From positions 21,155 to 85,154 of the forward strand of contig DATAUD010000119.1 of NCBI GenBank assembly GCA_036268455.1: a DNA stretch of 64,000 bases, read 5' to 3'. How positions within the stretch are numbered: the first letter of the stretch is position 1; every line of letters starts with the position of its first letter. Of the stretch, positions 36,196 through 45,271 are shown piece after piece. Below the pieces are notes generated by a model. That model made no database searches, was not told the DNA's origin, and was given only the letters and a program-made list of their open reading frames with translations. The DNA comes from Verrucomicrobiia bacterium. Lineage in GTDB: Bacteria > Verrucomicrobiota > Verrucomicrobiia > Limisphaerales > Palsa-1400. Both the position numbers and the translations under genes were made by a program.

Positions 36196-37992
36196 ATGAT
36201 AGAGAAAATCGTGCCCAAACGGACATTCATTGCGAGCGCCCTGATTTTTTCCCTCTGTATGGGCGCTTCTTTGGCGGCGGACGAAGGACCCGATTCGCAG
36301 GCGTCCAGCGCGTTGGTAATTCAATCAGTGGTTGTCCAAGGCCAAACGCTCCCGTCGAATTCCCGCAAAGAATTGAACCTTGGAGAATCGCCGGAAAATG
36401 TCTCGTTCAATTTTTGCGCCCTTCCAGCCGGGCGCCTGCCGATGCGGCTGCGGTACAAATTGGAGGGCTACGACACCGCTTGGCACGAAGGCGCGGCGGA
36501 GATGTATCTCGGAGTCCGCTTTTCGGATGAAGCAGGAGATCAGGTGGCGTTCAAGGAGTTTAAAGTGGAAGGCGACAGCACGGGCTGGACTGGCACGCTG
36601 GAAGGTTCCACGCTCACGCATCGGCGGGAAGTGATGGTCGTCCCTCCACGCGCCACGCAATGGCAGGTGATCATTTCCTCCGCCGGCCCGCCCTCTACGG
36701 TCGGCATCTACGTCGTGGCCGATCTGGTGGTATCCAAACTGGGCGCGAACGGCCAGGGCGCTGAGGTGTTGATGCGTGATCCCATCAATGGCGCGTGGGA
36801 CGACAATCATGAGCCGCGGGGATGGATACGCGATGGTCTTCGTCCGCGAATGGCGAAGATCGTTGAACTGGGCCGCGACCCAAAAGCAAAGGCCTTTGCC
36901 ATTTTGGACGACGACCCGCTGGGTCATGCGGAGTGGCGGAATATCAAAGGAAGCGTGCCGCCGGTCGTGGCCGGAGAGAGTCTTCTGCTGGAATGGAATG
37001 AGGTGTTCAGCATGGGCCTTGGGGACATGCAATCCGCCACCTATGACAAATTGCCGCCGGGCAAATATCGATTTATCGTCGAGGAAAGCGGTCCGCTTGG
37101 CGGACCCGCCAGGGCTGAAGTGTCGTTGGCGGTGGTGGTTCCGGTGCCGTTTTGGCAGATGCCGTGGTTCTGGGCCACAATGGGGGCGGCCATTGTGGCC
37201 GCGATAACGATGGGCGTCCGCTATTTGGCGTGGCGCAAAATGCAGCGCACGATGCTGCGTCTTCGGCAGCAGGGCGCCCTGGAACGAGAGCGTCTGCGCA
37301 TCGCCCAGGATATTCATGACGACCTTGGTGCGCGCGTAACGCAAATCTCGCTGGTTAGCGCCATGGCGCAGGGCGACCTGGCATTTCCGGAAAAGGCGCG
37401 GGCGGAATTCGACCGGATTTCGCGGATGTCTCGCGAGCTGGTTTCGGCGTTGTATGAAACCGTCTGGGCGGTCAATCCGGAGAACGACAATCTGGACTCG
37501 ATGGGAACTTATCTCTGCCAGAAAATCAACGAACTCTGCACCCAGGCCCAATTGCGGTGCCGCCTGCACATTGGCGATTTGCCGCAGAACATTCAGATTT
37601 CCAGCCAGACCCGCCATAATATCAGCATGGCCGTCAAGGAGGCCGTTCACAATGTCATCAAGCACGCCTGCGCGTCTCTGGTAACAGTGAACGTGACCTT
37701 TTCCGACATGTTGCTGACGGTATCCATCCAGGACGATGGCTGCGGCTTCGACGCGGGAACGCCGCCCGGCAACGGTCTGGTCAATATGAAACGGCGCCTT
37801 GAAAGCATAGGCGGCATGTGCGTTATCGAGAGTTCTCTTGGGCGAGGCGCAAACGTACGGATGCGGCTGGTCGTTAAGTCGTTGGAGGAGAACGCTCGCA
37901 CGGAACCAAATTCACAAACCCCGGGCGCGCCGCCGGAACCGCCGCCAGGGGAACCGCTGTCAAATTATGAAAAAATCAGTAGTCGTGGTTGA
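36196..37992 (+). CDS. sensor histidine kinase (HisKA_3/NarL-type) with Y_Y_Y-like periplasmic sensor
   Basis: Signal/TM. LRYKLEGYDTAW and ATYDKLPPGKYRFIVEE...PFWQMPWFW (Y_Y_Y halves + TM); H-box RLRIAQDIHDDLGARV; HATPase N/G boxes. Confidence 0.85.
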   Translation: MIEKIVPKRTFIASALIFSLCMGASLAADEGPDSQASSALVIQSVVVQGQTLPSNSRKELNLGESPENVSFNFCALPAGRLPMRLRYKLEGYDTAWHEGAAEMYLGVRFSDEAGDQVAFKEFKVEGDSTGWTGTLEGSTLTHRREVMVVPPRATQWQVIISSAGPPSTVGIYVVADLVVSKLGANGQGAEVLMRDPINGAWDDNHEPRGWIRDGLRPRMAKIVELGRDPKAKAFAILDDDPLGHAEWRNIKGSVPPVVAGESLLLEWNEVFSMGLGDMQSATYDKLPPGKYRFIVEESGPLGGPARAEVSLAVVVPVPFWQMPWFWATMGAAIVAAITMGVRYLAWRKMQRTMLRLRQQGALERERLRIAQDIHDDLGARVTQISLVSAMAQGDLAFPEKARAEFDRISRMSRELVSALYETVWAVNPENDNLDSMGTYLCQKINELCTQAQLRCRLHIGDLPQNIQISSQTRHNISMAVKEAVHNVIKHACASLVTVNVTFSDMLLTVSIQDDGCGFDAGTPPGNGLVNMKRRLESIGGMCVIESSLGRGANVRMRLVVKSLEENARTEPNSQTPGAPPEPPPGEPLSNYEKISSRG

Positions 37993-38599
37993 AGATGATC
38001 CGGGGTTGCGGGAGCAATTGGTGGAGATACTGCGCACCGCGCCGGATATCAAGTGCCTGGCGGCCTTCGGCTCCGGCGAGGAAGCCCTGAAAAAAATCCC
38101 GGCGTTAAACCCGGACGTGGTCCTCATGGATATCCGGCTGCCGGGGATGTCCGGCATTCAGTGCGTCGCCGAACTCAAGAAACTGAACGCCGGGCAGCAG
38201 ATCATCATGGTGACGGTCTATGAAGACACCGAGCGGATTTTCAAGGCGTTAAAGGCGGGAGCAAGCGGTTATCTTGTCAAATCCAGTCCGCCCTCCCAGT
38301 TGCTGGATTCAGTGCGCGATGTTTTTGCGGGAGGCGCCTCGATGTCCAGCCAGATAGCGCGAAAAGTGGTCCAGCATTTTCACCTTCTGGGTCCTGCTCC
38401 TTTGGAAGCGCAAAACTTGTCCCCCCGCGAACACCAGGTGCTGGGTTTGCTGGCCGCCGGGTTTATTTACAAAGAGATCGGAGATCAACTGGACATCGGC
38501 GTCGAAACGGTGCGAACTTACGTGAAAAACATTTGTCAGAAAATGCACGTTCGCAACAGGTTGGAAGCTGTCGCCAAACACCGTTTTGAAGCGCAGTGA
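37967..38599 (+). CDS. NarL/LuxR-family response regulator
   Basis: Trimmed to [16 protein letters not shown]; overlaps the kinase end by 26 nt. REC domain + LuxR HTH ([39 protein letters not shown]). Confidence 0.9.
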   Translation: MKKSVVVVEDDPGLREQLVEILRTAPDIKCLAAFGSGEEALKKIPALNPDVVLMDIRLPGMSGIQCVAELKKLNAGQQIIMVTVYEDTERIFKALKAGASGYLVKSSPPSQLLDSVRDVFAGGASMSSQIARKVVQHFHLLGPAPLEAQNLSPREHQVLGLLAAGFIYKEIGDQLDIGVETVRTYVKNICQKMHVRNRLEAVAKHRFEAQ

Positions 38600-38621
38600 T
38601 CCTCGGCGTTCGTCCAAATGC

Positions 38622-38640
38622 CTCCCCGTTTTCGGGGATA
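38622..38640 (+). repeat. hairpin motif copy 2 (CUCCCCGUUUUCGGGGAUA)
   Basis: 22 nt after the response-regulator stop and 51 nt before the pseudopilin ATG. Confidence 0.6.
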
Positions 38641-38690
38641 CCGGAGAATTCTGTTTCGATGCGACATTAGCGCCATACCATGTCCTAATT

Positions 38691-39491
38691 ATGCGAAAAA
38701 ATCAAGAAACACACGACCAAGCCTTCACGCTCATTGAACTGCTCGTAGTCATTGCCATCATCGCCATTCTTGCCGCGATGCTTCTGCCGGCGTTGGCCCG
38801 GGCCAAAGAGGAGGCAAATCAGACTAAGTGCCGCAACAATATAAAGCAACTGGGGCTTGGCCTTCAAATGTACCTGGGTGACTTCAGGGACACTTACCCC
38901 GGTTGCGCCTCGCGCGGTGACGGATTTGAACCTAACGACTGGATTTATTGGCGAGCCGGTGCGGACACGGTCAATTACAACGGCGTTCTGGAAACAGTCG
39001 ATAAAAGCCCTGTAGTCGCGGACCTGGGCACCAAAACTTCGACCAATATCTTTCGCTGCCCGGACGACATCAACAACCGTGACCGCCTCGCCGTGGCGGG
39101 AAACCCAATATATTGGTACAGCTACAGCATGCTCGGCCTCGGATTGGACGCCAACAACAACAATCTCGGCCTGACCAGCCTCTCGGAATCGGCGGGAGTG
39201 GGAACAGTGACATATTCTTTCAAGAGCACTGCGGTGCGCCGTCCCAGTTACACCATCGCTTTCGCGGAGGAAGTAACTCTGCCGAAACAACCGGGAAGCG
39301 ACCTGCCCCCCAACGATCCCGATGACACCGGAGCGACAATGCTGGATGACGGGCGATATGAACCGCCAGGCGACACGCTAACGACCCGCCACGTCGGCAA
39401 TTGCAATCTCGGCTTTGCTGATGGGCACGCCTCCATCGCGAACTGGAAGTGGGGCACCAACAGCTTGTACATCAGCCCGACCACGCCATAA
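38691..39491 (+). CDS. prepilin-type N-terminal cleavage/methylation protein, H-X9-DG family pseudopilin
   Basis: Trimmed to [36 protein letters not shown]-terminal [13 protein letters not shown] (H-X9-DG). Confidence 0.85.
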   Translation: MRKNQETHDQAFTLIELLVVIAIIAILAAMLLPALARAKEEANQTKCRNNIKQLGLGLQMYLGDFRDTYPGCASRGDGFEPNDWIYWRAGADTVNYNGVLETVDKSPVVADLGTKTSTNIFRCPDDINNRDRLAVAGNPIYWYSYSMLGLGLDANNNNLGLTSLSESAGVGTVTYSFKSTAVRRPSYTIAFAEEVTLPKQPGSDLPPNDPDDTGATMLDDGRYEPPGDTLTTRHVGNCNLGFADGHASIANWKWGTNSLYISPTTP

Positions 39492-39501
39492 AAAGAAAAG
39501 C

Positions 39502-39528
39502 GGCGCCGGGGAATCATCCACCGGCGCC
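39502..39528. terminator. GC-rich hairpin between convergent genes (GGCGCCGG-N11-CCGGCGCC)
   Basis: 8-bp perfect stem. The A-rich run at 39490-39500 gives a U-tract for the minus-strand giant gene. Confidence 0.55.
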
Positions 39529-39561
39529 ACACAACACCACTTTTCCACCTCCCTGTTCCGC

Positions 39562-42500
39562 CTACTGCATCAGGAGGGTGAAGAATTCCTGAGTATCGTC
39601 CTCGGTTGTGGCAATGGACACGTCGAACTTGCCGCTTCCATCAAAGGTATTGGTCGATACGGGCACCCAACCGGTCGGCCCCGCCGCCAGATTAGTGCTC
39701 TCCAGCAAGACAAACGGCTCGTTGGCAACTCCGTTCGTGCCGGAAATCATCAGCGTCGTGCCGGACAAACTGACGCCCGTAATCTTGGGCGAAGCCGGGA
39801 CAGGCGCTCCCACAATCGAGATCGTCCCATTCACAGCCAAGTTGTTCAGATTCCACGCCAGGCCAAAACCGGGGTAACCAGGGCGGGAGGGACTGACATT
39901 TGCGAATGCGCCGCTGTACCCGGCTGGCGCGCTGAACAATTGGAAACTGTCGCCCGTCGCGAGAGATCCCGACAAATTTGTCAAGACTAATGTTCCGCCA
40001 TAAGCCAGGCTGCCGGACACCGCCAGGCGATCACTAGTGTGGTTGCTCTTGTTGAGTTTCATTATCGTCGTTCCGTTGAGCGTGTTCGCTCCGTTGGTGC
40101 CGGTGACGGTGAGAGTGCCCACGGTGGACGCGCTTCCGGGACTCACCGTGGAGCCGCTGACCGACTCCACCAATCCCGTCACGACGCCAAACCCGCTCAA
40201 TGTTTGTCCGGGCAGCAACGTCAGAACCATGTTGGTGTTCCCGGTCGTGTCCGTATCGCCGCTCAAGTCCAGGCTTGAGTTTGTCGAGGCAAGATTGATG
40301 TTGCCCTGATTGGAAATGGAGCCAACGCTCACCAGTGCGAGTGTCCCACTGTCGATGATCGTGTCACCAGTATAAGTGTTCGTTCCCCACAAAACCAGCG
40401 TGCCGGTATTTGTCACCGCTAATGATCCATATCCGGACACAGATCCCATTGCAACGGTATCGGTAAGGACAAGCGAACTGCCCGGCGCGACGTTAAATGC
40501 GCAAATATCGTTGGTGCCGAGCACGACGCCGTTGGTCTCAGTTGTCAGCATGGAAATGGTGTTACTCGCGCTATTCGCCAATGTGCCGCCGTTAAAAGCA
40601 ATGGAGAAGATTTCCTGGCTCGTCCCGGCCAGATCGAATAAACCATCGTTCACCGTCAAGGGCGCGAGCGAGCTGTTGTCAAACTGGCTCGAGCCAAAAC
40701 CGCCGCAAACGGCCGTGGCATTCGTATTCACCACCATGCCGGAATACCCAACCGCATAGGCTGTGCTTACGGTTTTAGCCAAAACAATCGTTCCGACGTT
40801 GTCGATAATCGTGAGACCGTTATTTGCCGTCATTCCCCCAATGACCCAGGTCCCGTTGCCCGCCTTGGCAATTGTTTTGCCCAGGCCGTCGATCTCGCCA
40901 TCCGTCTCCAGTGTGTTGTTATTGACCGTCAGAGTCAGGGTGCCGCCGGAAACGATGCCCAACCCGATCTCGCCCGCGCCGAGGTTCAAATCCGCGGAGC
41001 CGATGAAAGTGAAATTGCCGTTCCAATTCATTTGGACCGGCTGCATGGTGATCGCCGCTCCGCTCGTATTGTCGATGAAAGTTCCGTTATCGATATCGAA
41101 TATGCCTGCGCCGGGAGCAGCGCCATTGGGATCGTTCAGATTAAGTTGGCCGGCGGCGAGATTCATTCCACCGCCAAAGGAATTTCCCACGGCGAGCGTC
41201 AGCGCTCCATTGCCCAGCTTTGTCAGGCTGTAATTGTTGCCGTTGTCCTGGATTGGACCGCCCGCGATAAGGGTGTTGGAATTGACAGTCAAATTGACAT
41301 TCTGGCCCAATGTCACAGCGCCGACGCCGAGGTTCAGGTTGGTTTGGGAACCGGCATAGGTAAAGTTGGCCCACGCTTCAGGAATTGGCGTAAGCAGTGT
41401 CAGCGCGCTTCCGCTGGTGTTATCAATCACGGCGTTATTGGTCAGGGTAAGTGTGCCCGTGCCGACCGCGGAAGTGGTGCTTCCGTCACCGCCGTTGTTG
41501 ATGTTCAACTGACTGCCATTGACCGTGGTGCCGCCAGTGTATGTGTTGGCGTTGGCCAGCGTTAATGCGGCGCTGCTCCCGGCACCGGTGCCAACGGTCA
41601 CGCCGGTCGCGCCGGCGATGCTGCCGGAGCCGGAAATAATGTAACTCGTGTGCAGCGCGTCATCCAAAATGCTTAACGGCTGGACCGTCGTGTTCAAAGT
41701 TATCGTGATAGGCGAAGTCCCGTTTGTTTCGTCAGCCAAAACAACCGCCTCGCCGTCCGAATACGCAACAGAACTGCTGCCGCCGAGGGTCCAATTTTCA
41801 GTCGTAAAATCCCATGGTCCGTTTCCCGCTTTCCACGTCAAGACGCTGGGAGTCCCGCTCGATACCACCAGGTAAATGATCTTATGGGTGGTGTCATTGG
41901 AAATGGAACCCGCCAAACCCGAGCTTTGAGGCACCGTCAGCGTAACGGAACTCGGCACTGTGCCAGAGAGCGCCGCGTATTGGATCAACGGATAAACGCC
42001 AGTCGGGAGAGCGCCCGCCTCCACGGTGAAATTGGGCTGGACGTTGAAGGCAAGAGCGCCGTTGACCTGGATCGGAGCCACTTCCGTGCTGGGCAGGTTG
42101 ACGCCAAAGTTGAAATCGGCTGTCGGCGTGCCGGTGTCATAAGTCAATCCGCTTACAGTCCAGAAATCTCCCGCGCTGGTAACCTGGGTCGAATCGATCG
42201 CTGGACCTTCCACCGTGACTGTTCCATTGGTGGAAGGAAAGGCCTCCGAGACGGTGAAGGTTCCATTGCTGACAACAATCGGCCCGGAGAAACTGTTGGA
42301 CCCGCTTAAGGTCAGCACGCCGCCTCCGGCTGCCGTCAATCCGCCTGGCCCGCTCAAATTGCCGGATAATGTAATGTTGTGCGGCGTGGCATTTGTATCG
42401 GCCGTCAGAAACGTGACGCTTCCGTTGGTCGTTCCCAAAACCATGGGCATGGAAGACGCCCAATTCGCCGTTGCGGCAATCACTCCGCCATTGAGTGAAA

Positions 42501-43704
42501 TGCGCGCGTTGGTAAAGCTGCTCGCGCCGATGTAAATGCCGCCCGCGTCCAAATAAACGGTGCCGCCGGTGATGTTGAGTTGCGCGATGGTGGCCGCATT
42601 GAATGTTCCGCCCGCTCCTCCAAACTCAATCCCGGAAGCAGCCACCTCGCCGCCTGAAATATTTACAATTCCCGAGGCCGTCGCGCTATAAGACATGCTC
42701 GGACCGTCCAGCAGGGTAATCGGACGCAGAGTCGAGAGGCTGAAACCCGGGAAGCCTAATGATCCGGTGCCGACGCTCAAAACGCCGCCGGGAAAAACGT
42801 TCAGGGTCGCCTGGCTGCTGGAATCCGGGATAAGGCGCACGTAACCCCCCGCCGGTTCGCCGGCGTAGGTGTAGATGGTGCCGCCGTTCTGGATATTCAC
42901 AATGCCTGGATTGCCGCGGGAAATCTGAAGGGAATTATTGATCGAGTTTGCCGTGGTGCCGCTGTTGTTCTCGGTAATTATTCCGCCGCCGCTGACGTTG
43001 ACCGTGGCCGCGCTATTTCGGCCGACATCAGCTCGGCTTGCCGCCTCAAAGAGAGCGTTTGAAAATACGTTGATCGTAACGCCATTGATGTCCCACGTTC
43101 CATTGTCGGTAAAAGCGCCGACGTTGTTGCTGATGTTTATAGTGCTGGTGGCCGCGGTGTTGCCGTTCCAGTTTGGACTTCCGCCGCCCTGGCTGAATCC
43201 TCCCGTCATTGTCAGCACGCTGTTTGCCCCGACAACGATGTTCGCCCCGCTTCCGGCGGATTTAACCGGCGCGTCCATCTCCAGTGACATCCCCGCTCCG
43301 ACACTCAAGCCGGTGCCGCTGCTAACGGTGTAGTCAAGAGTCCCGGGGCCAACGACATCGTAAGCGCCGGGCGGATTAAACGTATATGTCGTCGCGGTCA
43401 CCGTCGTATCCACAGTCAACACGTAATTCCCCGGCGCGCCGCTGCCGGCGCCAATGACAGCCGCGCTGCCGTCGGTCCAACTGGTGGCTGCCGTGCCATC
43501 CCACCAATCGCCCGGGTTGTGCCATGTTCCGGAGCCGTCTGATGGGCCTGAACCGCCGTTCGCGTCCCAGGTCAACGTTGTTTGTCCCCGGGAGGCCAGA
43601 GCGGAGATTATAATAATAGCCAGCGCCGCCAGAAAACGCGCGCCGGAGGATTGAAGTTTTGAGAGGTGTTTCATTGTCATACGGTGAGTTGTAAGTTGCT
43701 TCAT
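39562..43704 (-). CDS. giant secreted autotransporter-associated beta-strand repeat (PATR) protein
   Basis: About 1380 aa with many G-x-L-T/V-L-x-G-x-N-T/S-Y/F-T/S-G repeats (e.g. GTLVLWGTNTYTGDTIIDSGTLAL). Signal peptide MKHLSKLQSSGARFLAALAIIIISALA. Start could be 43794, 43704 or 43674. Confidence 0.85.
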   Translation of the reverse strand: MKQLTTHRMTMKHLSKLQSSGARFLAALAIIIISALASRGQTTLTWDANGGSGPSDGSGTWHNPGDWWDGTAATSWTDGSAAVIGAGSGAPGNYVLTVDTTVTATTYTFNPPGAYDVVGPGTLDYTVSSGTGLSVGAGMSLEMDAPVKSAGSGANIVVGANSVLTMTGGFSQGGGSPNWNGNTAATSTINISNNVGAFTDNGTWDINGVTINVFSNALFEAASRADVGRNSAATVNVSGGGIITENNSGTTANSINNSLQISRGNPGIVNIQNGGTIYTYAGEPAGGYVRLIPDSSSQATLNVFPGGVLSVGTGSLGFPGFSLSTLRPITLLDGPSMSYSATASGIVNISGGEVAASGIEFGGAGGTFNAATIAQLNITGGTVYLDAGGIYIGASSFTNARISLNGGVIAATANWASSMPMVLGTTNGSVTFLTADTNATPHNITLSGNLSGPGGLTAAGGGVLTLSGSNSFSGPIVVSNGTFTVSEAFPSTNGTVTVEGPAIDSTQVTSAGDFWTVSGLTYDTGTPTADFNFGVNLPSTEVAPIQVNGALAFNVQPNFTVEAGALPTGVYPLIQYAALSGTVPSSVTLTVPQSSGLAGSISNDTTHKIIYLVVSSGTPSVLTWKAGNGPWDFTTENWTLGGSSSVAYSDGEAVVLADETNGTSPITITLNTTVQPLSILDDALHTSYIISGSGSIAGATGVTVGTGAGSSAALTLANANTYTGGTTVNGSQLNINNGGDGSTTSAVGTGTLTLTNNAVIDNTSGSALTLLTPIPEAWANFTYAGSQTNLNLGVGAVTLGQNVNLTVNSNTLIAGGPIQDNGNNYSLTKLGNGALTLAVGNSFGGGMNLAAGQLNLNDPNGAAPGAGIFDIDNGTFIDNTSGAAITMQPVQMNWNGNFTFIGSADLNLGAGEIGLGIVSGGTLTLTVNNNTLETDGEIDGLGKTIAKAGNGTWVIGGMTANNGLTIIDNVGTIVLAKTVSTAYAVGYSGMVVNTNATAVCGGFGSSQFDNSSLAPLTVNDGLFDLAGTSQEIFSIAFNGGTLANSASNTISMLTTETNGVVLGTNDICAFNVAPGSSLVLTDTVAMGSVSGYGSLAVTNTGTLVLWGTNTYTGDTIIDSGTLALVSVGSISNQGNINLASTNSSLDLSGDTDTTGNTNMVLTLLPGQTLSGFGVVTGLVESVSGSTVSPGSASTVGTLTVTGTNGANTLNGTTIMKLNKSNHTSDRLAVSGSLAYGGTLVLTNLSGSLATGDSFQLFSAPAGYSGAFANVSPSRPGYPGFGLAWNLNNLAVNGTISIVGAPVPASPKITGVSLSGTTLMISGTNGVANEPFVLLESTNLAAGPTGWVPVSTNTFDGSGKFDVSIATTEDDTQEFFTLLMQ

Positions 43705-43828
43705 CTTGTTTTTTGTGCCAGCACCCCGGGTGGGAATCCTGGCAATCGGATGCGCAAAATGCGCGGGACATGCGGTAGAGCGGCCAATGGACATGGCCGC
43801 ACTTTATTTTTTTGGAATCGCCAGCGGT

Positions 43829-43847
43829 ATCCCCTAAAGCGGGGAGG
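43829..43847 (-). repeat. hairpin motif copy 3 (sense CCUCCCCGCUUUAGGGGAUA)
   Basis: 12 nt after the oxidoreductase stop and 34 nt before the ATG at 43794. Nearly identical to copy 2 through GGGGAUACCG. Confidence 0.6.
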
Positions 43848-43859
43848 CGGAAGTTTTCG

Positions 43860-45206
43860 TCAGACGGACCAGGGTGACCGGTAGTCGCGCGTGAGCCAAC
43901 TGGGATCGCCGGTGCCGTGAGTAAATTTGAACCTCGCCGGATCCCACCTGAGATGCGCGTGGTGGTAATAACTCTGATTGACTAGATGGCAGCAAATCGC
44001 CGAGCGCGCCCCGATCTGTTCGTTTGTGATTGGTTTCTTGCGGCTCTTCACGCACGCCAGAAAATCCGAGATATGCTGCTTGCTCTTGTAAAGTTTGATC
44101 GGCGCATTCGTCAGATAAAGATTTTCCGCCTTCCGCACTTCCGCCCCGCAGCTTGTATCTGACTTCTCGCCCTTTTTCTTCGACTCGTCCGAGAAATCCG
44201 CGATGGTTTTGCCTTTGACGATCAGCACGAATTTCCCGCGATTGACCCGCACCTCGCCGTCCGTGCCATAAAAGATAACGCCGAATCCATCCTTCTGTTC
44301 CACGACAATCCCGTTGGCATAGACTAGTTTCGCGCCGCGTTTTGCGTTCGGGTCCGCGGGCGGAATGACCTCCACCGGCCCACTGTCGTCCATGCCCAGT
44401 CCCCATTGCGCAATGTCAAGATGATGCGCGCCCCAATCGCCCACGCCGCCGCTGCCATATTCCTTGTAATCGCGCCAGGCCGGAAACCCTTCATGGATGC
44501 CGCGCGGCGACAACACGGCGCTGTAACCGCGAAACGGACCCGGTCCGCACCACATATTCCAATCCAACCCTGGCTCCATCGAATCCTCTTTCAGGTCGCA
44601 GGGCCGTCCCGGGTCGCCAAAACTGCATTCAACCCTCTGAATCGTGCCAATTACTCCATTGCGCACCAATTCGCACGCCACTCGAAATTCGGCCATCGAC
44701 CGTTGCATTGAGCCGGTCTGCAAGACGCGCTTATGTTTGTTCACCGTCTTCATCACCGTGACGGCCTCGTGGATATTGTGTGTCAGCGGCTTCTCGCAGT
44801 ACACGTCCTTGCCGGATCGCAACGCGGCCAGCGTGGTAATCGCATGCCAGTGGTCCGGCGTGGCAATGCAAACCGCGTGAATATCCGTCCGCGCGACCAG
44901 TTCCCGAAAATCGTCGTAAGCGGCGCAGTCGCTGTTCTTGTAAAATTTGTCCACCTTTTGTTTCGCGTCAGTGCGTCGCGTGGTATCGACATCGCAAACT
45001 GCCACGACGCGCGTTTGCTGCCAGAGAAAATTGCTCAAGAGGCCGCGGGATTGCGTCCCCATGCCGATGAACCCCATCGTGAGGCGTTCGCCGGGTGCGT
45101 CATCCGCCCCTCGAACCAACGATGGAAGGATAAACGGCGCGCCCGCGGCGAGAACAGAGGCGGCTCCGAGGAATTTTCGACGACTGATTTGATGGGTCCT
45201 TTTCAT
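43860..45206 (-). CDS. Gfo/Idh/MocA family oxidoreductase with Tat signal
   Basis: Trimmed to MKRTHQISRRKFLGAASVLAAGAPF. Rossmann GFIGMGTQSRG; EKPLTH motif. Confidence 0.85.
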   Translation of the reverse strand: MKRTHQISRRKFLGAASVLAAGAPFILPSLVRGADDAPGERLTMGFIGMGTQSRGLLSNFLWQQTRVVAVCDVDTTRRTDAKQKVDKFYKNSDCAAYDDFRELVARTDIHAVCIATPDHWHAITTLAALRSGKDVYCEKPLTHNIHEAVTVMKTVNKHKRVLQTGSMQRSMAEFRVACELVRNGVIGTIQRVECSFGDPGRPCDLKEDSMEPGLDWNMWCGPGPFRGYSAVLSPRGIHEGFPAWRDYKEYGSGGVGDWGAHHLDIAQWGLGMDDSGPVEVIPPADPNAKRGAKLVYANGIVVEQKDGFGVIFYGTDGEVRVNRGKFVLIVKGKTIADFSDESKKKGEKSDTSCGAEVRKAENLYLTNAPIKLYKSKQHISDFLACVKSRKKPITNEQIGARSAICCHLVNQSYYHHAHLRWDPARFKFTHGTGDPSWLTRDYRSPWSV

Positions 45207-45245
45207 GAATTGCGCCCATCGTAGCTTTTTCACGGCCAAACCGCC

Positions 45246-45263
45246 ATCCCCAAAAACGGGGAT
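45246..45263 (-). repeat. hairpin motif copy 4 (sense AUCCCCGUUUUUGGGGAU)
   Basis: 8 nt after the ECF sigma stop and 39 nt before the ATG at 45206. Confidence 0.6.
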
Positions 45264-45271
45264 GCTTTTCC

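Noticed and set aside
36325-37665. 446-aa ORF on the minus strand
   Set aside because: Antisense to the HisKA_3 kinase; Arg/His-rich nonsense translation.
40866-40880. TGGCAA-N5-TTGC sigma-54-like match
   Set aside because: It lies on the plus strand, antisense inside the giant minus-strand gene, with no downstream plus-strand gene. I treat it as a chance match. It shows that loose GG-N10-GC hits do occur in coding DNA, so the intergenic calls remain hypotheses.
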